DNA of 64,000 nucleotides, taken from NCBI GenBank assembly GCA_032654565.1, contig JAULAX010000010.1, forward strand, positions 64,001-128,000, given 5' to 3'. The position numbers and the translations under genes were made by a program. The notes below the pieces were generated by a model that searched no databases, was not told where the DNA came from, and worked only from the letters and a program-made list of their open reading frames with translations. Position 1 is the stretch's first letter. Each line of letters begins with the position of its first letter. This stretch comes from Anaeromyxobacteraceae bacterium (GTDB lineage: Bacteria; Myxococcota; Myxococcia; Myxococcales; Anaeromyxobacteraceae). Positions 11,201 through 19,266 of the stretch are shown one piece after another.

Positions 11201-11684
11201 GGAGTTCGCCCGCCACCGCGAGGAGTTCTCCGACACCTCGGTGATCCCCACGCCGGTCTTCTTCTACGGCCTGGAGCCGGGGCAGGAGACCAGCATCGAG
11301 ATCGAGCCGGGCAAGACGCTCATCGTCAAGCTGGTGACGGTGGGCAAGCTGCACGCCGACGGCACCCGCGACCTCTACTTCGAGCTGAACGGCGAGGGGC
11401 GCACCGTGACCGTCCGTGACCAGGCGGCGGTCAGCGGCGCCGCGGTCCGGCAGAAGGCCGACAAGGGGAACGCCGCCCACGTGGCGGCCCCCATGCCGGG
11501 CAAGGTGCTCAAGGTCCTCGTCAAGGCCGGCGACAAGCTGAAGGCCGGGGCGGTGCTGATGGTGACCGAGGCCATGAAGATGGAGACCAACGTCAAGGCC
11601 AAGGCCGACTGCATCGTCGCCGAGGTGAAGTTCAAGGAGGGTGACAAGGTCGAGAAGGAGGACCTGATCATCGTCCTGGCCTGA
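8238..11684 (+). CDS. pyc: Pyruvate carboxylase
   Basis: ANRGEIA biotin carboxylase, RDAHQSL and HLHTHD carboxyltransferase, EAMKME biotinyl motif; 1148 aa. Confidence 0.97.
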   Translation: MTVPFRRVMAANRGEIAIRIFRACTELGIQTVAIYSEEDRLSLHRYKADEAYLVGKGKAPIDAYLGIEELVGLAKRLEIDAIHPGYGFLSENADFAEACERAGIVFIGPTADMQRKLGDKVAGRKAATAAGVQVVPGTAEPVLHDEEALVFARQHGYPIIVKAAGGGGGRGMRVARNQKELLEGLTSARSEAKASFGNAAVFLERYIERPKHIEVQVLGDQHGNLVHLFERDCSVQRRHQKVVEFAPSLAITPAQREAICGDALKIARSVGYRNAGTWEFLLDQEGRHYFIEVNPRIQVEHTVTELVTGRNLVQAQILVAQGKKLSDPEIAIGSQADVQMRGFAIQCRITTEDAQNGFAPDYGVLKAYRSPGGAGVRLDAGSAFGGAVITPHYDSLLVKVSTWGLRFDAAASVMRRCLAEFRIRGVKTNIPFLENVMRHKVFLEGRCDTSFIEAHPELMVVPQKKDRATRLLKYLSEVTVNGSPGVARPLKPTELREARAPQVDLTRPPPPGTRQILDQRGPEGLAKWVLEQKGLLFTDTTMRDAHQSLLATRVRTHDLLKIAPATARLGAGLFSLECWGGATFDVAMRFLREDPWARLHALRAEIPNVLFQMLLRGSNAVGYTNYPDNVVEKFVHEAATSGVDVFRVFDSLNWTKGMTVACEAVRKEDKVLEAALCYTGDISDPTRTKYPLAYYVNLAKELERMGAHMLAIKDMAGLLKPFAAAQLVKALKQEVGIPIHLHTHDTAGVSAATILEATRAGVDVVDAALSSLSGLTAQPNLNSLVAVLAGSEWDSRLDQDGLQQLANYWEGVREFYAPFESGLKSGTAEVYRHEIPGGQYSNYKPQVAGLGLLDRWEECKDMYRKVNLLFGDLIKVTPSSKVVGDMAMFLVKNNLQPEDLFTEKGSDLAFPESVVGLAKGMLGQPYGGFPPALQKIILKGVEPITYRPGELIEPADLEAERARAVEKTGAPVDDKALASWLLYPNVYPEFARHREEFSDTSVIPTPVFFYGLEPGQETSIEIEPGKTLIVKLVTVGKLHADGTRDLYFELNGEGRTVTVRDQAAVSGAAVRQKADKGNAAHVAAPMPGKVLKVLVKAGDKLKAGAVLMVTEAMKMETNVKAKADCIVAEVKFKEGDKVEKEDLIIVLA

Positions 11685-11741
11685 TCGGGCGGCTGGCGGA
11701 TTCGGTGGCGCCGCCGGGCCCGGCGCGGCAAGCTTGGCCAC

Positions 11742-12710
11742 ATGACCAAGGCCATCAGGATCCAGCAGGCGGGCGGCCCCGAGGTGATGCGGCTCGAGGA
11801 CGTCGAGGTGGGCGCGCCCGGGGCGGGCGAGGCGCGGGTGCGCCACCAGGCCATCGGCGTCAACTACGTCGACATCTACCACCGCAGCGGGCTCTACCCG
11901 CTGGCCATGCCCAGCGGGCTCGGGGTCGAGGCGGCCGGCGTGGTCGAGGCGGTGGGCCCCGGCGTCACCGTGGTCAAGCCGGGCGACCGGGTGGCCTCCA
12001 TGGCCGGCCCGGGGGCCTACGCCGAGGCCCGGCTGCTGCCGGCCGACCGGCTGGTGGTGGTGCCGGCCGCGGTGGGCTTCGACCTGGCCGCCGCGGCGCT
12101 GGCCAAGGGGCTGACCGCCCACATGCTCCTCACCCGGGTCCACGCCGTGAAGGCAGGGGAGTGGGTGGTGGTGACGGCGGCCGCCGGCGGGGTGGGGCAG
12201 CTGCTGGTGCAGTGGCTGGCGGCGATCGGGGCCCGCGTCATCGGCGTGGTCGGCTCGGCCGGCAAGGCGGAGCGGGTGCGGGCGCTGGGGGCCGAGGCGG
12301 CGCTGGTCACCGGCGTCGACGACGTGCCGGCGCGGGTCAAGTCGCTCAGCGGGGGCGGGGCCCGGGTGGTCTACGACTCGGTCGGCGCCGCCAGCTTCGA
12401 CGCCTCGCTCGACTGCCTGGCCCCCTTCGGCCTGATGGTCACCTACGGCAACGCCTCGGGGCCGGTGCCGCCCATCGACGTCGGCCTGCTCTCCCGCAAG
12501 GGCTCGCTGGCGGTCTGCCGGCCCACCGTCTTCCAGCACATCGCCAGCCGGGTCGACCTGGAGGCGGCGGCGGGCGCGCTCTTCGCCATGCTGGGCTCGG
12601 GCAAGGTGCAGGTGGCGGTGGGCGGCCGCTGGCCGCTGGCCCAGGCGGCCGAGGCCCACCGGGCGCTGGCCTCGCGGGCCACCACCGGCTCGCTGTTGCT
12701 GATCCCCTAG
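11742..12710 (+). CDS. qor: NADPH:quinone oxidoreductase (zeta-crystallin/MDR family)
   Basis: GVNYVD..RSGLY, GVEAAG, AAAGGVG, VVYDSVG, GNASG motifs. Confidence 0.88.
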   Translation: MTKAIRIQQAGGPEVMRLEDVEVGAPGAGEARVRHQAIGVNYVDIYHRSGLYPLAMPSGLGVEAAGVVEAVGPGVTVVKPGDRVASMAGPGAYAEARLLPADRLVVVPAAVGFDLAAAALAKGLTAHMLLTRVHAVKAGEWVVVTAAAGGVGQLLVQWLAAIGARVIGVVGSAGKAERVRALGAEAALVTGVDDVPARVKSLSGGGARVVYDSVGAASFDASLDCLAPFGLMVTYGNASGPVPPIDVGLLSRKGSLAVCRPTVFQHIASRVDLEAAAGALFAMLGSGKVQVAVGGRWPLAQAAEAHRALASRATTGSLLLIP

Positions 12711-12733
12711 CGCGCCGGGCCCGGCCCGGCGCG
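12711..12733. terminator. Hairpin between convergent qor and CBS genes
   Basis: CGCGCCGGGC-ccg-GCCCGGCGCG 10-bp stem; no U-tract. Confidence 0.45.
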
Positions 12734-12740
12734 GGGGCGG

Positions 12741-13157
12741 TCAGCGGCCGGAGATGTAGGTGTTGAGCTGCTCGATGACGAACTGCTTCTCGTCGAGCAT
12801 GAGCGCGATGATGTCGCGCATCGAGACCAGGCCGACCACCTCGCCCCCCTCCTCGACCAGCAGGTGGCGGGTGGTGTGATCCCGCATCAGCGCCGCGCAC
12901 TCGGTCTCGGTGGCCTCCGGGGTCACCCGGGGGAGCGGCCGCGCCGCCTCGCCGACCGGCAGCGAGCCGTCGCCGCCGCCGGCCACCACCGCGATCACCA
13001 GGTCACGCTCGGTGACCAGCCCGGTGAGCCGGCCGTCGACCCGGATGCCGATCGAGCCGATCTTCTTCTCGGCCATGAGCCGGGCCGCCTCCCGGCAGGG
13101 GACGTCGGCTGCGAGGGTGACGACCTTGCGTGCCACGTGCTTCCGGATGCTGGACAT
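12741..13157 (-). CDS. Tandem CBS domain protein
   Basis: EAARLM..GLVTERD and RHLLV..GLVSMRD repeats. Confidence 0.9.
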   Translation of the reverse strand: MSSIRKHVARKVVTLAADVPCREAARLMAEKKIGSIGIRVDGRLTGLVTERDLVIAVVAGGGDGSLPVGEAARPLPRVTPEATETECAALMRDHTTRHLLVEEGGEVVGLVSMRDIIALMLDEKQFVIEQLNTYISGR

Positions 13158-13384
13158 GGGGCCTCCGCGTCTGGTTGGTGAGGGGGTGGTTACGCCGGGG
13201 AGGACCCGGCGCCACCAAAAGCGACACCCCGGACGGGATTCACGTCCACGGGGCCGGGGGCGCCCGCGGGGCGGGCCCGGGGCGCAGCGAGGTCGCCCAG
13301 GGCAGGCAGGACTCCCGGTGTGGAGGCGTCGCCCGAGCGCGGGACTCGTCTTCCGGACGGGTCGGCAGTAGCTTGCTGCAGCCC

Positions 13385-13780
13385 GTGAGCCGCCCTTCGC
13401 GCATCCTGGTCGTCGACGACAACCTCCCGCTCCGCCTGATGGTGGCGCAGGCGCTCGAGGAGCACGGCTACGTGACGGTGGCGGCGGAGTCCGGCGAGGC
13501 GGCGCTGGAGGCGGCCGCCTTCGAGCCGCCCGACCTCTGCGTCATCGACTTCTTCATGCCGGGGATGAGCGGGGCCCAGCTGATCCGCGAGCTGCACGCC
13601 TCGCCGGACGCCCGGCTGCGGAGGGTGCCGGCCATCGGGCTCACCGCCTACGAGAGCGGCGAGCGCGAGCTGCTGGCGGCCGGCGCGGCGGTGGCGCTGC
13701 GCAAGCCCTGGAGCGAGGCGGCGCTGCTCGACGCCGTGTCCCTCCTGCTGGCCGGGTCGGCGCCGACCCCGCCCGGGTAG
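13385..13780 (+). CDS. Single-domain response regulator (receiver)
   Basis: ILVVDD, DFFMPGMSG, LTA and KP motifs; GTG start chosen. Confidence 0.88.
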   Translation: MSRPSRILVVDDNLPLRLMVAQALEEHGYVTVAAESGEAALEAAAFEPPDLCVIDFFMPGMSGAQLIRELHASPDARLRRVPAIGLTAYESGERELLAAGAAVALRKPWSEAALLDAVSLLLAGSAPTPPG

Positions 13781-13789
13781 TCGGCCCTG

Positions 13790-14085
13790 CGGCTCACCCC
13801 GGCCGCTCCTCTGGCGGCCGCGGCCCGCTCGTCGGAGGCCACCACCGCCATGGTGAAGGACTGCCGGGTCGGCACGTCGAGCTGCGAGATGGAGAAGCGC
13901 AGGAAGCTCTGCACGATGAAGCCGCCGGCGAAGGCGTCGACGGCGAAGAGGCCGGCCAGCCGCAGCACGGTGGCCCGGGAGCGGTGGAGGCCTCGGTGGA
14001 GCACCAGCACCACCGAGAGCGCGCCGTAGGCGAAGAGGCGCAGCACCCGGGTGGCGAAGAGGAGGGCGACGTCGCGGCGGTCCAC
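13790..14085 (-). pseudogene. Internally deleted MFS transporter remnant
   Basis: About 90 codons of MFS-like blocks (LFATRVLRLFAYG; GLFAVDAFAGGF; SQLDVPTRQSFTMAVV..ER) fused in frame, far shorter than a 12-TM MFS. Confidence 0.65.
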
Positions 14086-14090
14086 CGGCG

Positions 14091-14843
14091 CTACCCGATC
14101 CCGGTCCCGGCGCGGCGGGGGGCCAGCCAGAGCTCGGCCTGCCCGACGGCGAAGGGGACGGCCTGGTCGACCCGGAGCGGGCGTGGCCCGAGGGTGACCG
14201 GCGCGAAGCCTCGCCGGGCCAGCGCGTCCGCCTCGTAGGGGGTCCAGCCGCCCTCGGGCCCGATGGCCAGGGTGACACCGCCGGAGGAGGGCGGCGCCAG
14301 GGCCGCCAGCGGCGCGGTGGCCGCCGGGTCGAGGAGCAGCCGCGCCGGGCCGAACAGGGCGTCGAGCTCGTCCTCCACGAACGGCTTGAAGAGCCGACGC
14401 AGCAGCACCTCGGGGAGCACGGTGTCGCGCCCCTGCTCGAGGCCGAGCCGCAGCTCCTCGCCGAGCGCCTCCGGGGCCAGCAGCTGCGACCCCCAGTAGG
14501 CCTTCTCCACCTTCCAGCTCCCCACCAGCACCAGCCGCTTCACCCCCATGGCGCCGACCGCCTGGAGCACCTTCCTGAGGATCTTGGAGCGGGGGAGGGC
14601 CAGCAGCAGCGTCACCGGCGAGGGGGCGGGCGGCGCGGCGCCGAGGGTGGCGCGCAGGGCCAGCGCCTCCTCGCTGCAGGCCAGCACCTCGGCGGTCCCG
14701 AGCCGCCCCCCCACCACGCCGACGGCGATGGTCTGGCCGGCCCGGCAGCGCAGCACCTCCCGGGCGTGGCGAGCCCGCCGGCCGTCGAGCCGCGCCTCGC
14801 CCCCGGCGTCCAGCTCCGAGGGCTCGAGGAGGAGGAGGTTCAC
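14091..14843 (-). CDS. rsmE: 16S rRNA m3U1498 methyltransferase RsmE family
   Basis: HAREVLR, LEQG, AIGPEGGW..E and LGPRPLRVDQA SPOUT motifs. Confidence 0.88.
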   Translation of the reverse strand: MNLLLLEPSELDAGGEARLDGRRARHAREVLRCRAGQTIAVGVVGGRLGTAEVLACSEEALALRATLGAAPPAPSPVTLLLALPRSKILRKVLQAVGAMGVKRLVLVGSWKVEKAYWGSQLLAPEALGEELRLGLEQGRDTVLPEVLLRRLFKPFVEDELDALFGPARLLLDPAATAPLAALAPPSSGGVTLAIGPEGGWTPYEADALARRGFAPVTLGPRPLRVDQAVPFAVGQAELWLAPRRAGTGIG

Positions 14844-14916
14844 GCCGCCGGAGGGTGGCCCGGGCCCGGGCCCGAGTCAACCAGCGCCGCCGCGCCCGTC
14901 GCGCTACACTGGAGCC

Positions 14917-15270
14917 ATGGCACGCCAGGCCGCTCCACCGGGCTCGACCCTGATCTCGGTGCTCTTCAGCACCTTCCCGCTCGACCCGACGCTGGCCGCC
15001 ACGCTCCACCTGGCCGCGGTCGACCTCTACCGCCGCGACGTCGGCGCTGGCCCGGTCGCCGGCGACGTCATCTCCGGGCGGGTCGTCAACCTGAAGAAGA
15101 GCCTGGCGCTGGGCGCCATCGCCGGGCCGGCCTTCGAGGCCGAGATCGACACCGCCCGCGGCAGCGGCAAGGTCCGCTACCTGCTCACCCGCCAGGGGCT
15201 CGACCTGCTGGGCGTGTCGCCGCCGCCGCACCGGGCGACCCGCGGTGGGAAGCGCGAGTACCTGAACTGA
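14917..15270 (+). CDS. Hypothetical protein (117 aa)
   Basis: Strong GC3 bias, -10-like TACACT upstream, followed by a hairpin. Confidence 0.7.
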   Translation: MARQAAPPGSTLISVLFSTFPLDPTLAATLHLAAVDLYRRDVGAGPVAGDVISGRVVNLKKSLALGAIAGPAFEAEIDTARGSGKVRYLLTRQGLDLLGVSPPPHRATRGGKREYLN

Positions 15271-15337
15271 CGCCGGCCCTGCCCGGCCGCGGTGACCGGG
15301 CCAGGCGGGCCGCGCCGCGAGGGCCCCCCGGAACGAG

Positions 15338-15369
15338 GAAGCCCCCCGGCCTGGCGGCCAGGGGGCTTC
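15338..15369. terminator. Putative bidirectional terminator hairpin
   Basis: GAAGCCCCC..GGCC-tggc-GGCC..GGGGGCTTC between convergent genes. Confidence 0.65.
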
Positions 15370-15388
15370 GGACCGCGCCGAGGGCGGG

Positions 15389-15997
15389 CTACTTCTTCTT
15401 GGCCGGGGCGGCCGGAGCGGCCGGCTTGGCGGCGCCGGCGGCCGGGGCCGCCTTGAGCACCCGGTTGCCGGTCTCGTCCATCGAGGTGAAGAGCGAGGCG
15501 CGGGTGGCGACGGTGCTGGCGTCGGCCTTGATGGGGTGACAGACGGCGCAGAAGCCGTCCATGCTCTGGCCCTTGGCGCCGGTGTCGACGCGCAGGTACT
15601 TGAAGTTGGGGTTGGACGGGTGCGGGTCGTGGCAGCCGAGGCACTCGAAGCGCCCGCCGTCGCGGAGCAGCTCGCCGGGGACCTTGGCGATCTTCGGGTC
15701 GACGTTGGCGAGGCCGTACGGGTGGCTCATGTTGGCGTGGATGGGGGCGTAGCCCTGGCCGCCCTTGCCCGACTCCTCGTGGCAGCCGAGGCAGAGGGCG
15801 GTGGTGCCGCTGAAGGCCTGCTTGGTCTTGGGGTTGACGCCGGACTTGTTGGGCGCCACGGCGAAGATGATGTCGCCCTTGGCGGTGTGGATGGAGTGGC
15901 AGCCGACGCAGCCGACCGAGTCGTGGCCGCCAGCGGCGAAGGCGGACAGGGGAGCGGCGAGGGCGAGGGCGAGGAGGAGACGCGAGGCGCGAGGCAT
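15389..15997 (-). CDS. Periplasmic tetraheme c-type cytochrome (cytochrome c3 / doubled-CXXCH-like)
   Basis: Signal peptide; CVGCH, CLGCH, CLGCHDPH and CAVCH motifs. Confidence 0.9.
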   Translation of the reverse strand: MPRASRLLLALALAAPLSAFAAGGHDSVGCVGCHSIHTAKGDIIFAVAPNKSGVNPKTKQAFSGTTALCLGCHEESGKGGQGYAPIHANMSHPYGLANVDPKIAKVPGELLRDGGRFECLGCHDPHPSNPNFKYLRVDTGAKGQSMDGFCAVCHPIKADASTVATRASLFTSMDETGNRVLKAAPAAGAAKPAAPAAPAKKK

Positions 15998-16082
15998 GGG
16001 TGCTCCGGGGGGACAGCGGTCCCTGCTTGGGGGATGAGGTCGAAAACGGCGGGACTCTAGTGGTTCCGATCGACCCGTCGCC

Positions 16083-16096
16083 TTGACGTGGGACAA
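16083..16096. promoter_or_regulatory. Crp/Fnr-family-like box upstream of the tetraheme cytochrome
   Basis: TTGAC-gtgg-GACAA, centred about -42 from a TSS predicted by the minus-strand -10 TAGAGT at 16059-16054. Confidence 0.5.
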
Positions 16097-16148
16097 GCGA
16101 TCCGGTCAACGGGCGTTTTCCGGTGGTCCCTGGGCTATCCTCGGCCCC

Positions 16149-16883
16149 GTGGACCACCTCCGCATCGTCCTGGTCCGGCCCCGCAACCCGGAGAACCTCG
16201 GCGCCGTGGCCCGCGCCATGCGCAACTTCGAGCTGGACGACTGGGCCATCGTCGAGCTCGGCACCCACGACTTCGCCACGGCGAGGCGGGTGGCGGTCCA
16301 CGCCGAGGAGCTGCTCGACCGGCCCCGGCTCTGCGCCACGCTCGACGAGGCGGTCGCCGACTGCGCCTGGGTGGTGGGCACCAGCGCCCGCAAGGTGCGC
16401 GGGAAGCACCGGCTGGGGCCGGAGGAGGTGGGGCGGGAGGCGCTGGCCCGGCGCCCGGGACGGACCGCCATCGTCTTCGGCGACGAGCGCAGCGGCCTGA
16501 CCGGCGCCGAGATCGACCGCTGTCACGACCTCTCCGCCATCCCCACCGGCGCCGCGCAGCCGTCGCTCAACCTGGCGCAGGCGGTGCTGCTCTACGCCTG
16601 GGAGGTCCGCCGGGCCGGGCGGGGCGAGCCGGCGGCGGGGCGGCCGGAGGGGCGCGCCCCCTCGGCGAAGCGGGGCGCCGGCGCCCTGGCCACCGACGCC
16701 CAGCTGCAGGCGGTGTCGGCGGCGCTCCGGGACCTGCTCCGGGCCGGGAAGTTCCTGGCCGGGCCGGAGCGCCACGCGGTGCAGGACCTGGCCGACGTGC
16801 TGCGGCGGGGGCAGCCCTCGCCCCGCGAGGCCAGGCTCTGGGAGACGGCGCTGAAGGCCGTCGGCAAGCGGCTGCCGGGGTGA
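16149..16883 (+). CDS. TrmJ/LasT-like SPOUT RNA methyltransferase
   Basis: ENLGAVARAMRNF, VGTSAR, FGDERSGLT, SLNLAQAV motifs. Confidence 0.88.
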   Translation: MDHLRIVLVRPRNPENLGAVARAMRNFELDDWAIVELGTHDFATARRVAVHAEELLDRPRLCATLDEAVADCAWVVGTSARKVRGKHRLGPEEVGREALARRPGRTAIVFGDERSGLTGAEIDRCHDLSAIPTGAAQPSLNLAQAVLLYAWEVRRAGRGEPAAGRPEGRAPSAKRGAGALATDAQLQAVSAALRDLLRAGKFLAGPERHAVQDLADVLRRGQPSPREARLWETALKAVGKRLPG

Positions 16884-16936
16884 CGGGGCGGGGCCCGGGT
16901 CGGGCCAGGCGGCCGGCGCCGCGGTAGAAGGGTGGC

Positions 16937-17287
16937 ATGACCGGGACCTTCAGCTGGATCGATCACGGCGCCGAGCGGCGCTTCCACCTCGACCCGCCCG
17001 GCGAGCCGGGCGGTCGCTACCTGGCCGTCCGGCGGGTCAGCGGCGACGACGACTGGACCGCCGCCTGCGTGCTGGCGCCGGGCGAGGCCGAGCAGGAGAT
17101 CGGCGACCACCTCGGCGACGCCTCCATCGCCGAGGACGCCATCCTCAAGTACGCCATCCAGTCGCTGGCGCGGCGGCACGGGGTCTCACCGGCCCCGGGG
17201 ATGCCCGACGAGGAGGCCGGCGAGGCGGAGCTGGTCATCGCCCGCCTCTGGAAGGCGCTCACCAACCGCTGGGCGCCCCGTCCCTGA
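16937..17287 (+). CDS. Hypothetical protein (116 aa)
   Basis: GC3-biased ORF filling the gap. Confidence 0.65.
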   Translation: MTGTFSWIDHGAERRFHLDPPGEPGGRYLAVRRVSGDDDWTAACVLAPGEAEQEIGDHLGDASIAEDAILKYAIQSLARRHGVSPAPGMPDEEAGEAELVIARLWKALTNRWAPRP

Positions 17288-17317
17288 GCGTCCCCGCGCT
17301 CGCGGCGTGGGCGGTGG

Positions 17318-18616
17318 TCAGGGCGTCCCGGTGGCGCCGGAGGTGATCGGCGGCGCCGGGGCGAGGCTGCTCCAGAAGCCGATGGAGAGCGAGACGTTGT
17401 TGAACCGATCCGCCAGGTCGGCGCCGCCGGACAGCTGGAGATCCCAGGGCCAGAAGGGGATCCGCTGCTCCAGCCCCAGGGTCCCGTGGGGCCGCGGTGA
17501 GGCGCCGGTGCGCGAGGGTTCGAGGTAGACGCCGGCTCGGATGCGGAAGCGGTCGGGGATCCAGTCCCACTCGGCGCCGGCGCGCGGCACCAGGCTGGCG
17601 CGCGCACCCGAGCGGACCGAGCTGCCGTCGAGGGCGCTGGCGAGGGAGATGGCGCCCGTCGAGCGGCCCACCAGGTCGAGCTGGACCGAGAGCACCACCG
17701 GGGCCCGGTCGGAAGGCTCCCAGGCTGGCCCCTCGACCCGCTCCGGGTGCTCCGCGACGTGGAGCGGCGGCGGCTCGTTGAAGCGCCGGGCGTTGGGGCC
17801 AATCCAGCAGGAGGCGCCGACCGCCACCTGCCAAGGGAATTCGAAGGCGGTCGGGGCGCCGACCGGGAGGGTCCCACGCAGGCCGGAGACTCCCGAGGAC
17901 TTCCCGGTCTGGAGCGAGCCGCCCACCCGCCACGCCCGCCCGCGGGGGCGCCAGAGCCCACCCAGCCGGAAGGTGAGCGCCGCGTAGCTGGCCTGGTCTC
18001 GCGCCGTGGCGCTGCCCGGCGGGAGCCACTCGAAGGTGCCGAGGTGGCTGACCAGGCCTCCCCCCAGCACCAGCGCGCCTCGCCACCCCGACCAGCCGAG
18101 TGAGAGCGAGACGCGGCTCAGCCCGACCTGCTGAGTCGCCAGGCCGGTGGTCCGCTGGCTGAGCAGGACGGACTGGGCCGTCAGGCCGGCGCCGAGCCTG
18201 CCGTACTGGCCGGAAAGGCCGCCGAGGACGTTGCCGAACCCGGAGAGTCCGCCGTCGTTCCGGCCGTCGTTGTCGACGTCGATCCGGGAGAGGGCGCCCG
18301 GGGTGGGGACGAACCAGGTGAGCGTCCCGTCCCAGTCCCAGCCCCGCTCCAGCCGGCGATCCCACTGGGCCACCGCCGCGGGGTTGAAGGGCTCACCGGC
18401 GATCCCCTCGCCGAGGCCGACGTAGGCCCCAGCCATGCCGGCGGGACGACCGCCGGCCATGAGCAGCCCGAGGTAGCCGTCGACCGGGGCCGCGCCGGCC
18501 ACCCGCGGGGCGGCGGCGACCAGCGCGATGGAGAGGAGGCCCGCCGCCAGGCCGTGGCGCCGGCTAGTGATCGTGGCCGTGGCCGTGATCGTGGCCGTGG
18601 TCATGGCCGTGCCCAT
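17318..18616 (-). CDS. Putative outer-membrane beta-barrel protein (FadL/PorV-like N-terminus); start uncertain
   Basis: Signal-like segment, then RPAGMAGAYVG..NPAA motif and amphipathic beta strands. Confidence 0.65.
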   Translation of the reverse strand: MGTAMTTATITATATITSRRHGLAAGLLSIALVAAAPRVAGAAPVDGYLGLLMAGGRPAGMAGAYVGLGEGIAGEPFNPAAVAQWDRRLERGWDWDGTLTWFVPTPGALSRIDVDNDGRNDGGLSGFGNVLGGLSGQYGRLGAGLTAQSVLLSQRTTGLATQQVGLSRVSLSLGWSGWRGALVLGGGLVSHLGTFEWLPPGSATARDQASYAALTFRLGGLWRPRGRAWRVGGSLQTGKSSGVSGLRGTLPVGAPTAFEFPWQVAVGASCWIGPNARRFNEPPPLHVAEHPERVEGPAWEPSDRAPVVLSVQLDLVGRSTGAISLASALDGSSVRSGARASLVPRAGAEWDWIPDRFRIRAGVYLEPSRTGASPRPHGTLGLEQRIPFWPWDLQLSGGADLADRFNNVSLSIGFWSSLAPAPPITSGATGTP

Positions 18617-19085
18617 CGGCGCCGTGGGCGTGGCCGTGCTCCAGCTCCTCCGAGGAGGCGGCCCGGACCTCGGTGATGGTCACGTCGAAGTGGAGGGTGC
18701 GGCCGGCCAGCGGGTGGTTGAAGTCCACGGTGACGGTCTCGCCGATCACGGCGCGGATGGTGAAGGGGAGCGGCTCGCCGTCCGGCCCCTGGGCCACCAG
18801 CTCCAGGCCGACCTTCGGCTCGAAGCCCTCGGGAAAGGCGGAGGTGGGGACCTGCTGCAGGGCGGTGGGATCGGCCTCGCCGTACCCGTCGACCGGCGCC
18901 ACGGTGGCCTGGGTGCGAACGCCGGCCTCCAGCCCCTCGAGGGCCCGCTCCAGCCCCGGGACGATCTGCGACTGGCCGTGGAGGTAGACGAGCGGATCAC
19001 CGGGCTCCGAGGAGTCGACGACCACGCCGTCGCCGAGGTGCAGCTTGTACTCCAACGAGACCACGCTGCCGTTGCCCACCTTCAT
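18564..19085 (-). CDS. slyD: FKBP-type peptidyl-prolyl isomerase SlyD
   Basis: VVSLEY, YLHG..GLERAL, VDFNHPLAG and His-rich tail. Confidence 0.93.
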   Translation of the reverse strand: MKVGNGSVVSLEYKLHLGDGVVVDSSEPGDPLVYLHGQSQIVPGLERALEGLEAGVRTQATVAPVDGYGEADPTALQQVPTSAFPEGFEPKVGLELVAQGPDGEPLPFTIRAVIGETVTVDFNHPLAGRTLHFDVTITEVRAASSEELEHGHAHGADGHGHDHGHDHGHGHDH

Positions 19086-19266
19086 GACGTCTCCAAGCGC
19101 TGTTCAGGCTGCCGCGATCCGGATCCAGGGAGGGCCCGGGGCGGCAAAGGGGGCGTCATACCGCGCGGCGTGGGGAGAGGCACGCGGAAAAATCACCCCC
19201 GATTTCGTCCCGCGGGCGGGGGACGCTTGCGGGACGGCGGGGAGGCGCGGGGGTACCGGAGGTGGC

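Noticed and set aside
8079..12659. 1526-aa minus-strand ORF, and similar giant ORFs at 26785-30141, 33488-38305, 49688-53281 and 21204-24584
   Set aside because: Antisense or off-frame shadows of well-supported genes; stop codons are scarce at this GC content and the translations have no recognisable motifs
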